From Octopus vulgaris (lineage: Eukaryota): a stretch of 64,000 nucleotides of DNA. Positions 25,736 through 38,240 of this stretch are shown here, in pieces. The stretch lies in assembly GCA_951406725.2 (NCBI GenBank), contig OX597814.1, positions 218,612,001 through 218,676,000 on the forward strand, given 5' to 3'. Under the pieces are notes generated by a model, which searched no databases, was not told where the DNA came from, and saw only the letters and a list, made by a program, of their open reading frames with translations. The position numbers were made by a program, and so were the translations under genes. How positions within the stretch are numbered: the stretch's first letter is position 1; each line of letters starts with the position of its first letter.

Positions 25736-27408
25736 ACAATTATGTGCACATGTTTGCACATCAGCGGCACCAGAATTGTGACGATTTATACTTAGCAAAT
25801 AAACGAGAGAAGAAATATTATTAATTGAAATGACCCTTTATTTTCATCAACTTCTTAGATTTGTTGCAATTCACAGATGATTTGCCGTTCTGTTATCCAT
25901 TCTGTAGGTAGTTAAATTCATTTTTTGTTGACTGCTAAAAGAACGGATAGAATAAGGAAATAAGGGGGGAAAAAGAGTAAGAGAATTTAAACTAAAGTTG
26001 TGTAGTCGCGTGATGACAGACCATACTTGAAGTGAGGGACAGACAGGTGTGCTCTTCTAGCAAGGGGCAACGTGAATGAGACAGAACTGATTTTGGGTTC
26101 CGTATTTATATTTTTTCTAGCTAAATTGGTCAGGCTAGACAAAGGATTTTCTGTCTTGTCTGCCTGAGCCCTATTTAGCCGAAGAATGTTAACTTAAACA
26201 ATAAACCTTAACTGTGACAGATGACTCTCATAATTTTTTAAGTTCAAAAGTCGAGAACAATTAGGGGAGAACATATAGTAATATGTAGACTGGGTTTCAA
26301 ATCCTGTCTTAGAATCTAGGAAACTATTCGCTATATCACTCTTCCCTTAGAATGTTTGTCAAAAAACAAACGAACGATAATAAGAACATTTACAGAAATG
26401 TGCTCTCTGCGAAAATCAAAGAAAGTTCAAAATTGTGAATGGAAAGTGTGAAGTTACAGGTGCAAATGAAGCAAGGCCGGAAAGATCACAGGTATCAGGA
26501 GAGAATCTGAGGTGATGCATACGAGACAAGTATCTATTTGAGTGGGTTCAAATATCATGCAATGTTGCTTTATGTACACGGGGTGCTGTCTGGGCTTCGT
26601 GTGTATCGTGTTCGTGGCAGCGTTAAGTAAGATTCAGTAACGGATTGCATATACAAGAAGACGGTACAGTTGCGGACATTTAGCTAAAAGAGCTGAGAGA
26701 GTGCATTCTCAAGGTTTAATTGGAAAATGTCTAACAGAAGTGTGTATTCTGTTGTAGGTGCCTTAAAATAAGTGCAAAGGCCCAGTGTGTCTGGTGTAGT
26801 GGTCGAGTGAAATTGTTGCAGGTAAGCAAGAACAACAAAATGCAAGAGAGATACTGGTGCGTTGAGGAGGCAAGTAAACTTTCTCTCTCTCTATATATAT
26901 ATATCGTGGCCAAACTGGAGTCGTAAAGAGGTAAGTGAAGGTAGACTGGAAGCGTTGGTGCAGAGAGCATGGTTAGTGTTCCGTGATTCGAAAAGATATC
27001 CGACGTGCGCTGAGTCGGGGAAAGTGAGCTGAGCAGGCACAGGCATGGGTAACAAGTTAATAAAGGCACAAATATTAGATTGCATGCGTGATGTTTGCAT
27101 AAGTGCATATATGTACCCATGAACCTTGATTATTTTTTAACGAGAAATACAGAATAGTGCAGCAAAAATTGACTAACCTGCGAAAAATAGCAAACATTTA
27201 CGAGAAAAAACACGTGGCGACAACCATGCAATGAGAACAGTGTACGATAGCGTGTGCATGAGATAATGCTATGCCAGCGGCCAGAGAGAAAGGGACATCG
27301 TAAAAATGCATTGGACGCGAATTATTCGTCCTCGCGAAATGAAGGCGGCATTAAATTTGAGAATAATTATGTTGTGAGGTTACAAACGTGCTATTATGGT
27401 GAACATAA

Positions 27409-27799
27409 GTGGAGGCGCAATGGCCCAGTGGTTAGGGCAGCGGACTCGCGGTCGTAGGATCGCAGTTTCGATTCCCAGACCGGGCGTTGTGAGTGTTTAT
27501 TGAGCGAAAACACCCAAAGCTCCACGAGGCTCCGGCAGGGGATGGTGGTGATCCCCGCTGTACTCTTTCACCACAACTTTCTCTCACTCTTACTTCCTGT
27601 TTCTGTTGTACCTGTATTTCAAAGGGCCGGCCTTGTCACTCTCTGTGTCACGCTGAATATCCCCGAGAACTACGTTAAGGGTACACGTGTCTGTGGAGTG
27701 CTCAGCCACTTACACGTTAATTTCACGAGCAGGCTGTTCCGTTGATTCGGATCAACCGGAACCCTCGTCGTCGTAACCGACGGAGTGCTTCCAATCAAA
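27409..27799 (+). mobile_element. SINE family A, full length
   Basis: Consensus match; TSD tatggtgaaca. Confidence 0.92.
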
Positions 27800-28743
27800 T
27801 ATGGTGAACAAATAAAAGTGTGAAGGGCAGAAATGATAATTAACATGACGAAATAAAAAGTAAACGCAAGAACGAAGAAATAAGGAACGACAGACTTGAA
27901 TAAGTTGAGTGTTTGTTGCTAGTTATCTGGTACTGAAAAAGAATAGGTAGATGGTAAGAAAGAAGTTCTTGAGAATCTACAAAAATCTATATGCACAAGA
28001 ATCTGTGTTGAATTGCGGAAGAAAGCAGGATCTGAACTTCGGGGCGCGAGACGAAAAGTATGTGGCTGTCGAAAATGTCGGTTGCGGGCTTCCATAGTTT
28101 CAGCAATGCCGCTATGCAAGTAACAATTAGTTATTTGGATTGCAGTAGGTCCCGAGGATGTGTAGGTTTGCAGAGATGCAATCTGTTTGCTCTGAGGTGA
28201 GGCAATCTGGTTGTTTTGCGAGGTGCGCCACGGTCGGCTGCCTTTTCAATTGGCAGAAACGTTATTCGCCAGTTGAAAGCCGGACTGACGAATTTCGATA
28301 CGGGTCTGCAGTTTTTTGTTTCCTTACCAATTCACGGATGTAGCTTGATAGAGACAGTATAGCAAGTTGAAGAAGGATGCATATAGGTTTCTTTTTGGCA
28401 TGATTTGACAGTTTAAAGACTTGAGAGTAACTAGAAATGCAACAGAGATATTTCAATGAGATACGGTTTAAACGTCGGTTCTGATAATTCCGTTCACGTC
28501 CCCCAGCTGAGTCGTCCCTTGCAACATTGCAACATTGGTAGTGTTGCAACACTACCAATGCAACACTAACATTGGTAGTGTTGCATAGGAATGCAACATT
28601 GGTAGTGAAGGCTGTAATTGTTTAAGTCGGCTGTTGCAAGAATTTTATGATTATTGTAGCATTTCGTAGAGAATGCATTCAGTTCTTGGATCGTATGGTC
28701 ACCAAAGTGCTTCGATTTTGTGCACATGTTTGCACGTTGGCGT

Positions 28744-28821
28744 CACCAAAATTGTTACAATGGTTTCACCAAAATTGTTACAATGGTTTCACCAAAATTG
28801 TTACAATGGTTTCACCAAAAT
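28744..28821. repeat. 23-bp tandem repeat tcaccaaaattgttacaatggtt, about 3.4 copies
   Basis: Direct inspection. Confidence 0.9.
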
Positions 28822-29552
28822 AAACAAGAAAAGAAATATTAGTTGAAATGACCCTTTATTTTCATCGTTACAATGTAGAGGACAACTTCTTAGACTTGTT
28901 GTTATACACAGATTACTTGCCGTTCTGTTATCCATTCTGTAGGTAGTTAAATCCATTTTTTGTTGACTGCCAGAAAAACGGATGGAAAAAAAAGAAAGAG
29001 TAAGAGAATTTAGACAAGTAGAGAAGGTGAGAGTTGTGTAGTTGCGCGATGACAATCCATATTTGAAGTGAGAATTAGTCAAATATGATCTTCTAGCGAG
29101 GGGCCAAGTGAATGAGATAGAACCGATTTTGAGTTCCTTATTTATATTTTTGTAGCTAAATTAGGTTAGGTTAGACAAGGATTTTCAGTCTCTTATCTGC
29201 CTGAACCCAATTTAACTTAAGAATGTTAACTTAAGCAATAAACCTTAGCTTAATGTGGCAGTTGACTCTCATAAATTTCTAAGTTCAAAAGTCGAGAACA
29301 ATAGGAAAGGAACTGGTAGTAAAACGTAGATTCGGTTTCGATTCCTGGCTTAGACTCTAGGAAGCTAATTGTTTCACATTGGAATCGTGTTTTGTAAATG
29401 CTTCTTGTGTGCCTCTTAGCATCGTTTGAGGTCTCCACTGACTCCCTTGACGAACACATTATCAAGCACTACACTCATGTTACCCTATGTCACCTTAAGT
29501 TGACAGTGGACACTGGGGATATCTGGTTTTATATTCCAGTAACGCAATAGAA

Positions 29553-29837
29553 AAGCTCCACGAGGCTCCGGCAGGGGATGGTGGTGATCCCTGCTGTACT
29601 CTTTCACCACAACCTTCTCTCACTCTTACTTCCTGTTTCTGTTGTACCTGTATTTCAAAGGGCCGGCCTTGTCACTCTCTGTGTCACGCTGAATATCCCC
29701 GAGAACTACGTTAAGGGTACACGTGTCTGTGGAGTGCTCAGCCACTTACACGTTAATTTCATGAGCAGGCTGTTCCGTTGATTCGGATCAACCGGAACCC
29801 TCGTCGTCGTAACCGACGGAGTGCTTCCATCCATCCA
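29553..29837 (+). mobile_element. SINE family A, 5'-truncated
   Basis: TSD taacgcaatagaa; (TCCA)n tail. Confidence 0.92.
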
Positions 29838-30716
29838 TAACGCAATAGAAGAGTGTTTAAGCTTTGTGATGAATCAATGAGGAGGTACCAGTCAGATGTT
29901 ACATGAATCTGACACAAGATTTTGAAGAGCAGATAATGTGTGTGCCTTTATGATCATTAAATAAAGTAAACTGGTCGTCTTCCGAACAGTCTTTTTCTCT
30001 GATTTAAAAACTTCTTGGCCGGTTTCACCTTCTTCTGGTATATTTGGCTCATCGTCGTAGAAAATTTATAGCATTTTGTTTCAGACACATCTTACGAAAC
30101 GCTATTTATATATGTGTCAATGATAATATATTTACTTCGATGGAAAACCAGTTTGTCATTTGTAGAAATAGGTCAGCCGCAAACATTACCTTTTAAAACA
30201 TAGAAGGCGATCAAACATTTTTAGACATTTCTATTTAAGACCGAACCAATCACTAAACGCGTTTACATGCTTTAAAAGAGTTTAGGACAATTCATACACC
30301 GATGCACGAACACGCACACCCACCGACACACAGACACTTCCACTCACCCCCCACATACGCATATACTAATAAAAAGATGCTCTCGAACACAATGAACATA
30401 ATTCGATGCAAAAATCAATATAAGTAAAGACCACAGCATTTAAAGAAATGGTGCGATACATAAGTTCCAAATGCGTACAAACAAACATAAGTACGGAACG
30501 ATTGTAAGAAAAAAAATAATTACTCTTAACTCATAAAAGAAGCGAAGCGCAGCCTTTCACAGAAATCTTGTTGCAATATGGAGTTCCGTAACGCGAAACC
30601 ATATGCATCAGACACAGTTGAGAAATAGGTTTTTCGTTATGGATTTCCACATTATGACAAAATTCTAAAGGACACCAAATTTCCGTAACACGAGGCTGAC
30701 TATATTCATTTTTCAT

Positions 30717-31074
30717 TGTATGTATGTATGTATGTATGTATGTATGTATGTATGTATGTATGTATGTATGTATGTATGTATGTATGTATGTATGTATGTA
30801 TGTATGTATGTATGCATGTATGTACGTATGTATGTATGTATGTATGTATGTATGTATGTATGTATGTATGTATGTATGTATGTATGTATGTATGTATGTA
30901 TGTACGTACGTATGTACGTACGTACGTATGTATGTATGTATGTATGCATGTATGTACGTACGTATGTATGTATCTATGTATGTATGTATGTATGTATGCA
31001 CGTACGTATGTATGTATGTATGTATGTATGTATGTATGTATGTGTGTGTGTATGCATGTATGTACGTACGTATG

Positions 31075-31105
<31 letters not shown>

Positions 31106-31539
31106 GGTGTATGTATGTATGTATGTATGTGTGTATGTATGTATGTATGTATGTATGTATGTATGTATGTATGTGTGTATGTATGTATGTATGTATGTGT
31201 ATGTATGTATGTATGTATGTATGTATGTATGTATGGTGTATGTATGTATGTATGTATGTATGTGTGTATGTATGTATGTATGGTGTATGTATGTATGTAT
31301 GTATGTATGTATGTATGTATGTATGTATCCATGTATGTATGTATGTATATGTGTATGTATGTATGTATGTATGTATGTATGTATGTATGTATGTATGTAT
31401 GTATGTATGTATGTATGTATGTATGGTGTATGTATGTATGTATGTATGTATGTATGTATGTATGTATGTATGTATGGTGTATGTATGTATGTATGTATGT
31501 ATGTATGTATGTATGTATGTATGTATGTATGTATGTGTG

Positions 31540-31570
<31 letters not shown>

Positions 31571-31661
31571 GGTGTATGTATGGTGTATGTATGTATGTAT
31601 GTATGTATGTGTGTATGTATGTATGTATGTATGTATGTATGTGTGTATGTATGTATGAATG

Positions 31662-31692
<31 letters not shown>

Positions 31693-31920
31693 GGTGTATG
31701 TATGGTGTATGTATGTATGTATGTATGTATGTATGTATGTATGTATGCATGTATGTATGTAAGGTGTATGTATGGTGTATGTATGTATGTATGTATGTAT
31801 GTATGTATGTATGTATGTATGGTGTATGTATGTATGTATGTATGTATGGTGTATGTATGTATGTATGTATGTATGTATGTATGTATGTATGTATGTATGT
31901 ATGTATGTATGTATGTGTAT
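30717..31920. repeat. (TATG)n microsatellite, ~1.2 kb
   Basis: Direct inspection. Confidence 0.97.
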
Positions 31921-32199
31921 AAAAAACGTACAAAAAGTACATAAAAGGCAACTGGAAGGAACTGTGAATCGATGTAAAAAGAATCTGGGAAAAGCTAGCT
32001 TTGGAAAGAGTGTAGGAAACATATGAGGGAAGGTTGTGAAATTTTTGGAAAGGGTCGCTTTGGGCACGAAAGGCTAAAGCGTCGGCTTCGAAGGGATGTC
32101 AGCTGAATGTCGATGAAGACATGAAATGTTAGAGGTGTGAAATGTGTGGCTGTATACTCCTTTCTAAGGGTGGATATGTCCACCAACGTCCTCCCTTAA

Positions 32200-32480
32200 A
32201 GAGCAGTGATTCAACGTATGCAATATGTGGAAAGGTTTGCGACGGATTTCAAATCTGGAAAGACAATTAGCAGTACACAAAGATCGTACCTCCCAAAGTG
32301 ACCCTTTCAACCCAGAGGAAGCTACAGCTTTCGTCTGTCATTTATGCTTCAAATCATGCAGATCTGCTGCAGGACTGAATAATCATCTGAGAGGTCATGA
32401 ACGGAAAGCGAGAAGTGCCATTGACAACGAGGAAGTACAAAGAGTCGGCAATCATCTGTGAAGATGGAGCAATCCCCATG
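32200..32480 (+). pseudogene. 3' remnant of an RTE-like LINE ORF with C2H2 zinc fingers
   Basis: CHLCFKSCRSAAGLNNHLRGH is a C2H2 finger and a frameshifted ICGKVC..LERQLAVH finger precedes it; same style as the RTE at 42337. Confidence 0.55.
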
Positions 32481-32482
32481 TA

Positions 32483-32625
32483 ACGGGCTTCTTTCAGTTT
32501 CCGTCAACCAAATCTACTCATAAGGCTTTGGTCAACCCGAGGCTTTAGAAGAAAATACTCGCCCAAGGTATCAGCAGCAGGACTGAACCCGGAACCATGG
32601 AATTGGGAGTAAAGCTTTTTACTAC
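32483..32625 (-). mobile_element. SINE family B, 5' half
   Basis: acgggcttctttcagtttccgtc..caaatc..ctca..aaggctttggtc matches the other family B copies. Confidence 0.75.
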
Positions 32626-32642
32626 ATACATATGCGTGTGCC

Positions 32643-32684
<42 letters not shown>

Positions 32685-32699
32685 CGTACATATATACAT

Positions 32700-32751
<52 letters not shown>

Positions 32752-32762
32752 GTATATGTATG

Positions 32763-32843
<81 letters not shown>

Positions 32844-32908
32844 CCACGTATGTATCTTTGACGATTTTCTTTCTCCGTCTTCCCTTCCTTGGACTTTTCT
32901 TTTTTCTG

Positions 32909-32941
32909 TTTCTGACGAAGAGTTCCGCTCGAAACGTTAAA
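32909..32941 (+). ncRNA. Minimal type I hammerhead-like motif inside a short microsatellite-flanked element (32850-33042)
   Basis: CTGACGA-a-GAG(ttccg)CTC-GAAA-CG-TT; palindromic AACGTT stem III; stem I only about 3 bp. Confidence 0.5.
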
Positions 32942-33553
32942 TCCTTCTTTCTTTCCTTTCCTGAGCGTCCAATAACACTATACTTGTTCCACTTCCTTGC
33001 GTTGTTGTTTTTTCTCTTTGTGTTTTCATGTCTGCATTAACTATATATATACATATAGATATACAACAGTTGACAGGTTATACAACAAATTGTTTTGTGA
33101 AATTACATCACAATATCACATTTAGTTCATCGAGTGTAGAACCAGCTTACGACTGTTTGAGTAATATCACGTAACCCCAGGAAACAAACGGTCCGCTCTA
33201 CAAATCTGATATTGAGTATTGTCATCTCATCTACATCATGATAATACATATGAGCTATACACACGCATATAAATCACAGTCACCAGACCATTTTATATAT
33301 GGTTCGCTGTTTGCGCAAATGGATTGGCACACAAACACAAAAAACAATATGACATTGCTTTAATTTGGATATAAATAACATTAACGGTATATTATCTCGC
33401 GACAGCCAGTGATCCATTGAAGTGTAAGTAACATGGCTATTCAAATGGATAATATATACATATATAGCATATATAATTATACAATATAATGATACATGTA
33501 GCATGAATAATAGACATAATATAATATAATATAATATAATATAATATAATATA

Positions 33554-33640
<87 letters not shown>

Positions 33641-33733
33641 AATTTTTTTTACTACCAGTGGCCTAGCGTGTAGAAAAATTAGTCAATAGACTATATATTA
33701 TTCATATAAATACAGTGTACATTTAAACACATA

Positions 33734-34163
33734 TGTCACGCTGGTGAGACCCATATTGGAGTACGGGATTCAAGCCTCTTCTCCTTATCTCCTCAAAGAC
33801 ATACATAATCTCGAAAGAGTCCAGAAGCTGGCTACCCGCATGGTTCTTGGTCTCAAGCATTTGTCTCATGAAGAAAGGCTGAAGACGCTCGACCTTTATT
33901 CTCTAGAAAAACGACGACGCCGTGGTGATCTCATTCTTGCTCACAACATCATAAGCGGAAAGTGTAACCTCTCGAAAGAGCTGTTCTTCACTCTTGCTCC
34001 AGAGTGTCGGCTGCGGGGTCACTTCGAAAAGCTCTATCTGCGACGATTTCATCTCAATCGAAGGAGAGGGGCTTTCTCCGTCCGGGTTGCGGTTCCGTGG
34101 AATAAGCTGCCGGACGAGATAGTGAAGATGCCGATGACCGCTCGGTTCAAAGTCTCCCTTTAA
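33734..34163 (+). pseudogene. CR1-clade LINE ORF2 C-terminal fragment
   Basis: VRPILEY...LERVQKLATRMV.GLKHLSHEERLKTLDLYSLEKRRRRGDLI...RGH...FSVRV..PWNKLP are CR1 C-terminal motifs. Confidence 0.9.
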
Positions 34164-34167
34164 TGCA

Positions 34168-35282
34168 TGATGGCAGCTTCTGCAGTGGATTCTGGTAAAA
34201 TTGAAGCACTGGCAGTCATGAAGCTCCTCTTTTTGCAAAGCAGAAGAGCGGCGGAAATCCATGGCGAGATGAAAGAAGTCTTGAAGGATGGCTGCCCATC
34301 TTACGTCACAGTAAAAATCTTGGTGTCAAGGTTTCGGACTGGTCCTTTCGAGTCACAGATGAACCTCGACCAGGACGGATATCTTCCGCAACCACGGAAG
34401 ACAAAGCCGACGTTGTGGACGTCATGATTCTTGAGGACCGCCGGATTTCAGCTGAAGTCATAGCTGGGATTTTGAGGATTTCCCACAAAAGAGTTGGCCA
34501 TATCATCCACAAAATTCTGGAGATGAGAAAGCTTTCCGCCAAATGGGTGCCAAAATGCCTGAACGCAGATCAGAAGCACATCAGAGTGACGATATCAAAG
34601 GCGATTTTGAACCAGTTTGCAGCGGGAGAGGCTGACTTGATGGACCGTTTATTCACCATGGATGAAACTTGGCTTCATCATTATGATCCCTAGACAAAGC
34701 AGCAGCCAATGGAGTGGCACCACAACGGTTCACCGCGTTCCAAGAAGTTTTGGACTCAGAAGTCAGATGGAAAGACTCTGGCTTCACTGTTCTGAGACCA
34801 AGACGGAGTACTCATAAAATACCTGCCAAATGGTCGCACCACATGTGTCTACTGGATGAACTGCATGACACTTTGAAGTAGAAACGCCATGGAAAGCTGA
34901 CCTGTGGTGTCCTGCTTTTTACAAGACAATGCACCAGCTCACACATGAAACTCTAGAGAAAATATGCGACTTTGGCTTCGAATTGGTAGAGCAGCCACCT
35001 TACTTTCCTGACTTGGCCCCCTCCAGCTATTCCCTCTTTCCACAACTGAAGAAACAGCTCAAGGCAACGAAATTTTATTCCAATTCGGAAGTGATCGCTG
35101 CTAGAGAGGCCTGGTTGGAGGCCCAACGTTCTGGGTTCTTTTACAGGGCTTAGAAAAACTGAAGGACTGCTGCAATAAGTGTGTGAATCTGAGAGGGGGA
35201 ATATGTTGAATAAAATCATAATTACTTGGCCCTCTTGTATTTTTTTTTTACCCAAAGCCAGGAACTTTTCAGCACACCCAAG
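34168..35282 (+). pseudogene. Mariner (Tc1/mariner) transposase pseudogene with right TIR
   Basis: WVPKCL, TMDETWLHHYDP, QDNAPAH and PPYFPDLAPS motifs with stops and frameshifts; ends aacttttcagcacacccaag followed by TA. Confidence 0.92.
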
Positions 35283-35716
35283 TATGTGTGTGCTTCTATG
35301 CACCAAGCGCCTATAGAAGAGGGTCTCTTAAGGCTAATAACGCAGAATTCGGTGTTCTAACAAGGTATCCATGTTAAGTTGGAAATAAAAATTAACTTTT
35401 GTTGTTAATACTGATTCCGTCGCTAATAATTAATTTTTAATAAATCTGCTGGCTATTTGCAACCTCATTGCCCGAAAAGATATTGAAAATTTATAATCTC
35501 AGCAGATTTGGCTGGCATGAAGTGAACGGTTCTTTTCATTGAAGAAGTCTATTAGACTGAAATCACTTGCCATAGGAATTCTGGTTCCCATGACAGATGC
35601 ATTCCATCTGCTATGATCTATGTGTGTACTTTTATGCACCAAGCGCCTATAGAAGAGGGTCTCTCAAGGCTAATAACGCAGTATGCAGTGTTCTAACAAA
35701 ACATCCATGTTAAACT

Positions 35717-35774
<58 letters not shown>

Positions 35775-35966
35775 GAGTATAGAAATTCGGGGTGAGTACT
35801 TGATAATTATAAGCACCTGTGTATACCGTTTGGTGGTGTAGGTGGTGGAGTAAATTGATCAAAATAAAAACATGATGCGAAGGACTCAGCGGTACATATG
35901 TTTCGGGCCTTTATTAGACAGATTTATAACAATGCATAATGTATGTCCTTGTGGAAGCTGTTGTGC

Positions 35967-36044
35967 GCGGCTGAAGAAGGCCACAGACATACATTATGCA
36001 TTGTTATAAATCTGTCTAATAAAGGCCCGAAACATATGTACCGC
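35967..36044 (+). ncRNA. Type I hammerhead ribozyme with extended stem II, inside a (TA)n-flanked element (35772-36078)
   Basis: Stem I GCGG/CCGC; core CTGAAGA; stem II GGCC/GGCC with an internal hairpin; GAAA; palindromic stem III CATATG; GTA cleavage triplet. Confidence 0.8.
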
Positions 36045-36075
36045 TGAGTCCTTCGCATCATGTTTTTATTTTGAT

Positions 36076-36127
<52 letters not shown>

Positions 36128-36133
<6 letters not shown>

Positions 36134-36300
36134 CAGTGTACATTTAAACACATATGAGGTGTCCATCATAGGACTCCCTTACGCTAGAAGGGAGTCCTAT
36201 GATGGACACCTCTTATGTGTTTAAATGTACACTGTATTTTATATGAATAATATATAGTCTATTGACTAATGTTTCTATACGCTAGGCCACTGGTAGTAAA
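36128..36300. repeat. Foldback element: ~50-bp near-perfect inverted repeat plus terminus homologous to 33635-33734
   Basis: aatacagtgtacatttaaacacatatgaggtgtccatcataggactccctt and its reverse complement separated by about 7 nt. Confidence 0.85.
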
Positions 36301-36327
36301 ACAGTCTAAAATCTTTTTTACCCTCTC

Positions 36328-36731
36328 TCTTTACTCTCTTTTACTTGTTTCAGTCATTTGACTGCGGCCATGCTGGAGCACCGCCTTTAGTCGAGCAAAT
36401 CGACCCCGAGACTTATTCTTTGTAAGCCCAGTACTTATTCTATCGGTCTCTTTTGCCGAACCGCTAAGTGACGGGGACGTAAACACACCAGCATCGGTTG
36501 TCAAGCAATGCTAGGGGGACAAACACAGACACACAAACACATACACACACACACACACATATATATACATATATAAGACAGGCTTCTTTCAGTTTCCGTC
36601 TACCAAATCCACTCACAAGGCATTGGTCGGCCCGGGGCTATCGTAGAAGACACTTGCCCAAGATGCCACGCAGTGGGACTGAACCCGGGACCATGTGGTT
36701 GGTTAGCAAGCTACTTACCACACAGCCACTC
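36328..36731 (-). mobile_element. SINE family B, full length
   Basis: Reverse complement of the 1821 copy; internal (TG)n(TA)n tract. Confidence 0.9.
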
Positions 36732-36735
36732 TATA

Positions 36736-36781
<46 letters not shown>

Positions 36782-36899
36782 GTATGTATATTATTTCATA
36801 TATGAATGGTCATTTATATAATAGTCTTTGTTTTGTTTTTGGTTCTTTTGAAGAAGTAACTAAATAACTTTTGTTGAATAGTCAATGAATGAAGTATTG

Positions 36900-37113
36900 A
36901 TTTCAAATTTTGGAACAAGGTCGCAGTTTCGCAGGAAGGAGATATATCGATCACATCGACCCAGTACTCAGTTGATACTTATTTTATCGAACCCCGAAGG
37001 ATGGAGGGCAAAGTCAACCTCAGCGAAATTTGATGAACACAGAACGTGAAGACGGAGGAAATGTCGTTGACTATTTTGCCCGGCGTACTAACGATTCTGT
37101 CAGGTCATCGCCT
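36900..37113 (-). mobile_element. SINE family C, diverged
   Basis: Reverse complement of ggcgagctggcaga..gttag..cgccgggc..gactttgcctttcatcctt(t)cggggtcgataaa. Confidence 0.7.
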
Positions 37114-37428
37114 TCCAATGAATGAAAGAATTAAATATTAATGCCTTGTTTATAAAGCTATTAATCGAAAAATATTTCGAAGTAGGTAAACATTAAAAAA
37201 GAAAACGATTATATAATGTACAATATAAAATGTTGAAGTTATATAATAGAGGAAGTTCTTTGCTGCAGTTTCCCCATCCCACATTTACAACTCTTTTAAT
37301 ATGCCATCTTATTTCATCTGCTTCCTCTTTGGCTCTGTCTTTGGGGGTCTTGACGACATTGGTCACGAGATCTAATAAAATATCAAATTTCACCACCCCA
37401 ACAAAATGGCGTTACTTTTTATCATATA

Positions 37429-37830
37429 CTAGCAGTATCGCCCGGTGTTGCTCGGGTTTGTAAGGGAAATAACTATATAAGCATTTTTAGAGAGTTATAG
37501 CCAAAAAATAGCAAAAAATGCATTAAAAATGGAAAGAAAGAAATGATGGTAAATTTTTTTTAAATCGTTGACTCATCGTAGACATTTTTAGAGAGTTACT
37601 TCCCTTATATAATAGCGAAAAAATGCATTAAAATGGAAAAAAATGATGTTAAATTATTTTTAAAATCGTAGACTCATCGTAGACGCGCGCTAATACCCAG
37701 AAGGGCTCGATATGAATCACGACTATAAGATACCCGGTTTTGGTTACACTGCACCGCAAAATGTGGGAGTAGTTAGGAATCTAAATCGTAGGAGACAGAC
37801 AGCACACATCTTCACTTTTATATATAAAGA
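37429..37830 (-). mobile_element. Non-autonomous Helitron-type element
   Basis: 5' TC, 3' hairpin plus CTAG, A|T site; near-identical to 59575-59974. Confidence 0.85.
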
Positions 37831-37956
37831 TAATAAAAGAGAAGCAGATCTCCGTCTGTCTGGTCACGAGATCTATAAGATGGAGGGAAAGAAGACGCGG
37901 AATCGAAGTATACATCACAACGTATTTTTAGAAGAAGGGCAAAAGAAAAAGTTGTT

Positions 37957-38009
<53 letters not shown>

Positions 38010-38240
38010 AAGAGTGTGTGTAAGATAGATAAATGGGTAGTGTTGTCACCATAGTAACTAACAAGTTTTGATTAAAACGCGGGAATTTAAATTGCAAGTC
38101 TGTCAAGAACACAACACAAACTTCAAAAAAGGGTGCATGTATGCCTGTATGTATGTATGTATGTATGTATGTATGTATGTATGTATGTATGTATGTATAT
38201 GTATATATATATACTTACACACCGGGAGCCTTATGTATGT

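Larger units (their letters stand above)
25740..29370 (-). mobile_element. Decayed retroelement (probably Penelope-like) bounded by ~600-bp diverged direct repeats (25740-26325 and 28720-29365)
   Basis: Clear alignment of the two blocks (e.g. gccgttctgttatccattctgtaggtagttaaat); weak RT-like peptides (FLDSKTGFETQSTYY, LRNATIIIK). Confidence 0.45.

Noticed and set aside
27409-27490. tRNA-like sequence with A and B boxes
   Set aside because: SINE head; no proper acceptor stem, and it continues into the SINE body with a TSD.
30531-32067. Long ORFs of YIHT/MYVC repeats (also 19212-19719, 39642-40068, 53807-54745, 61516-63201)
   Set aside because: Translations of stop-free (TATG)n and (TA)n microsatellites, not genes.
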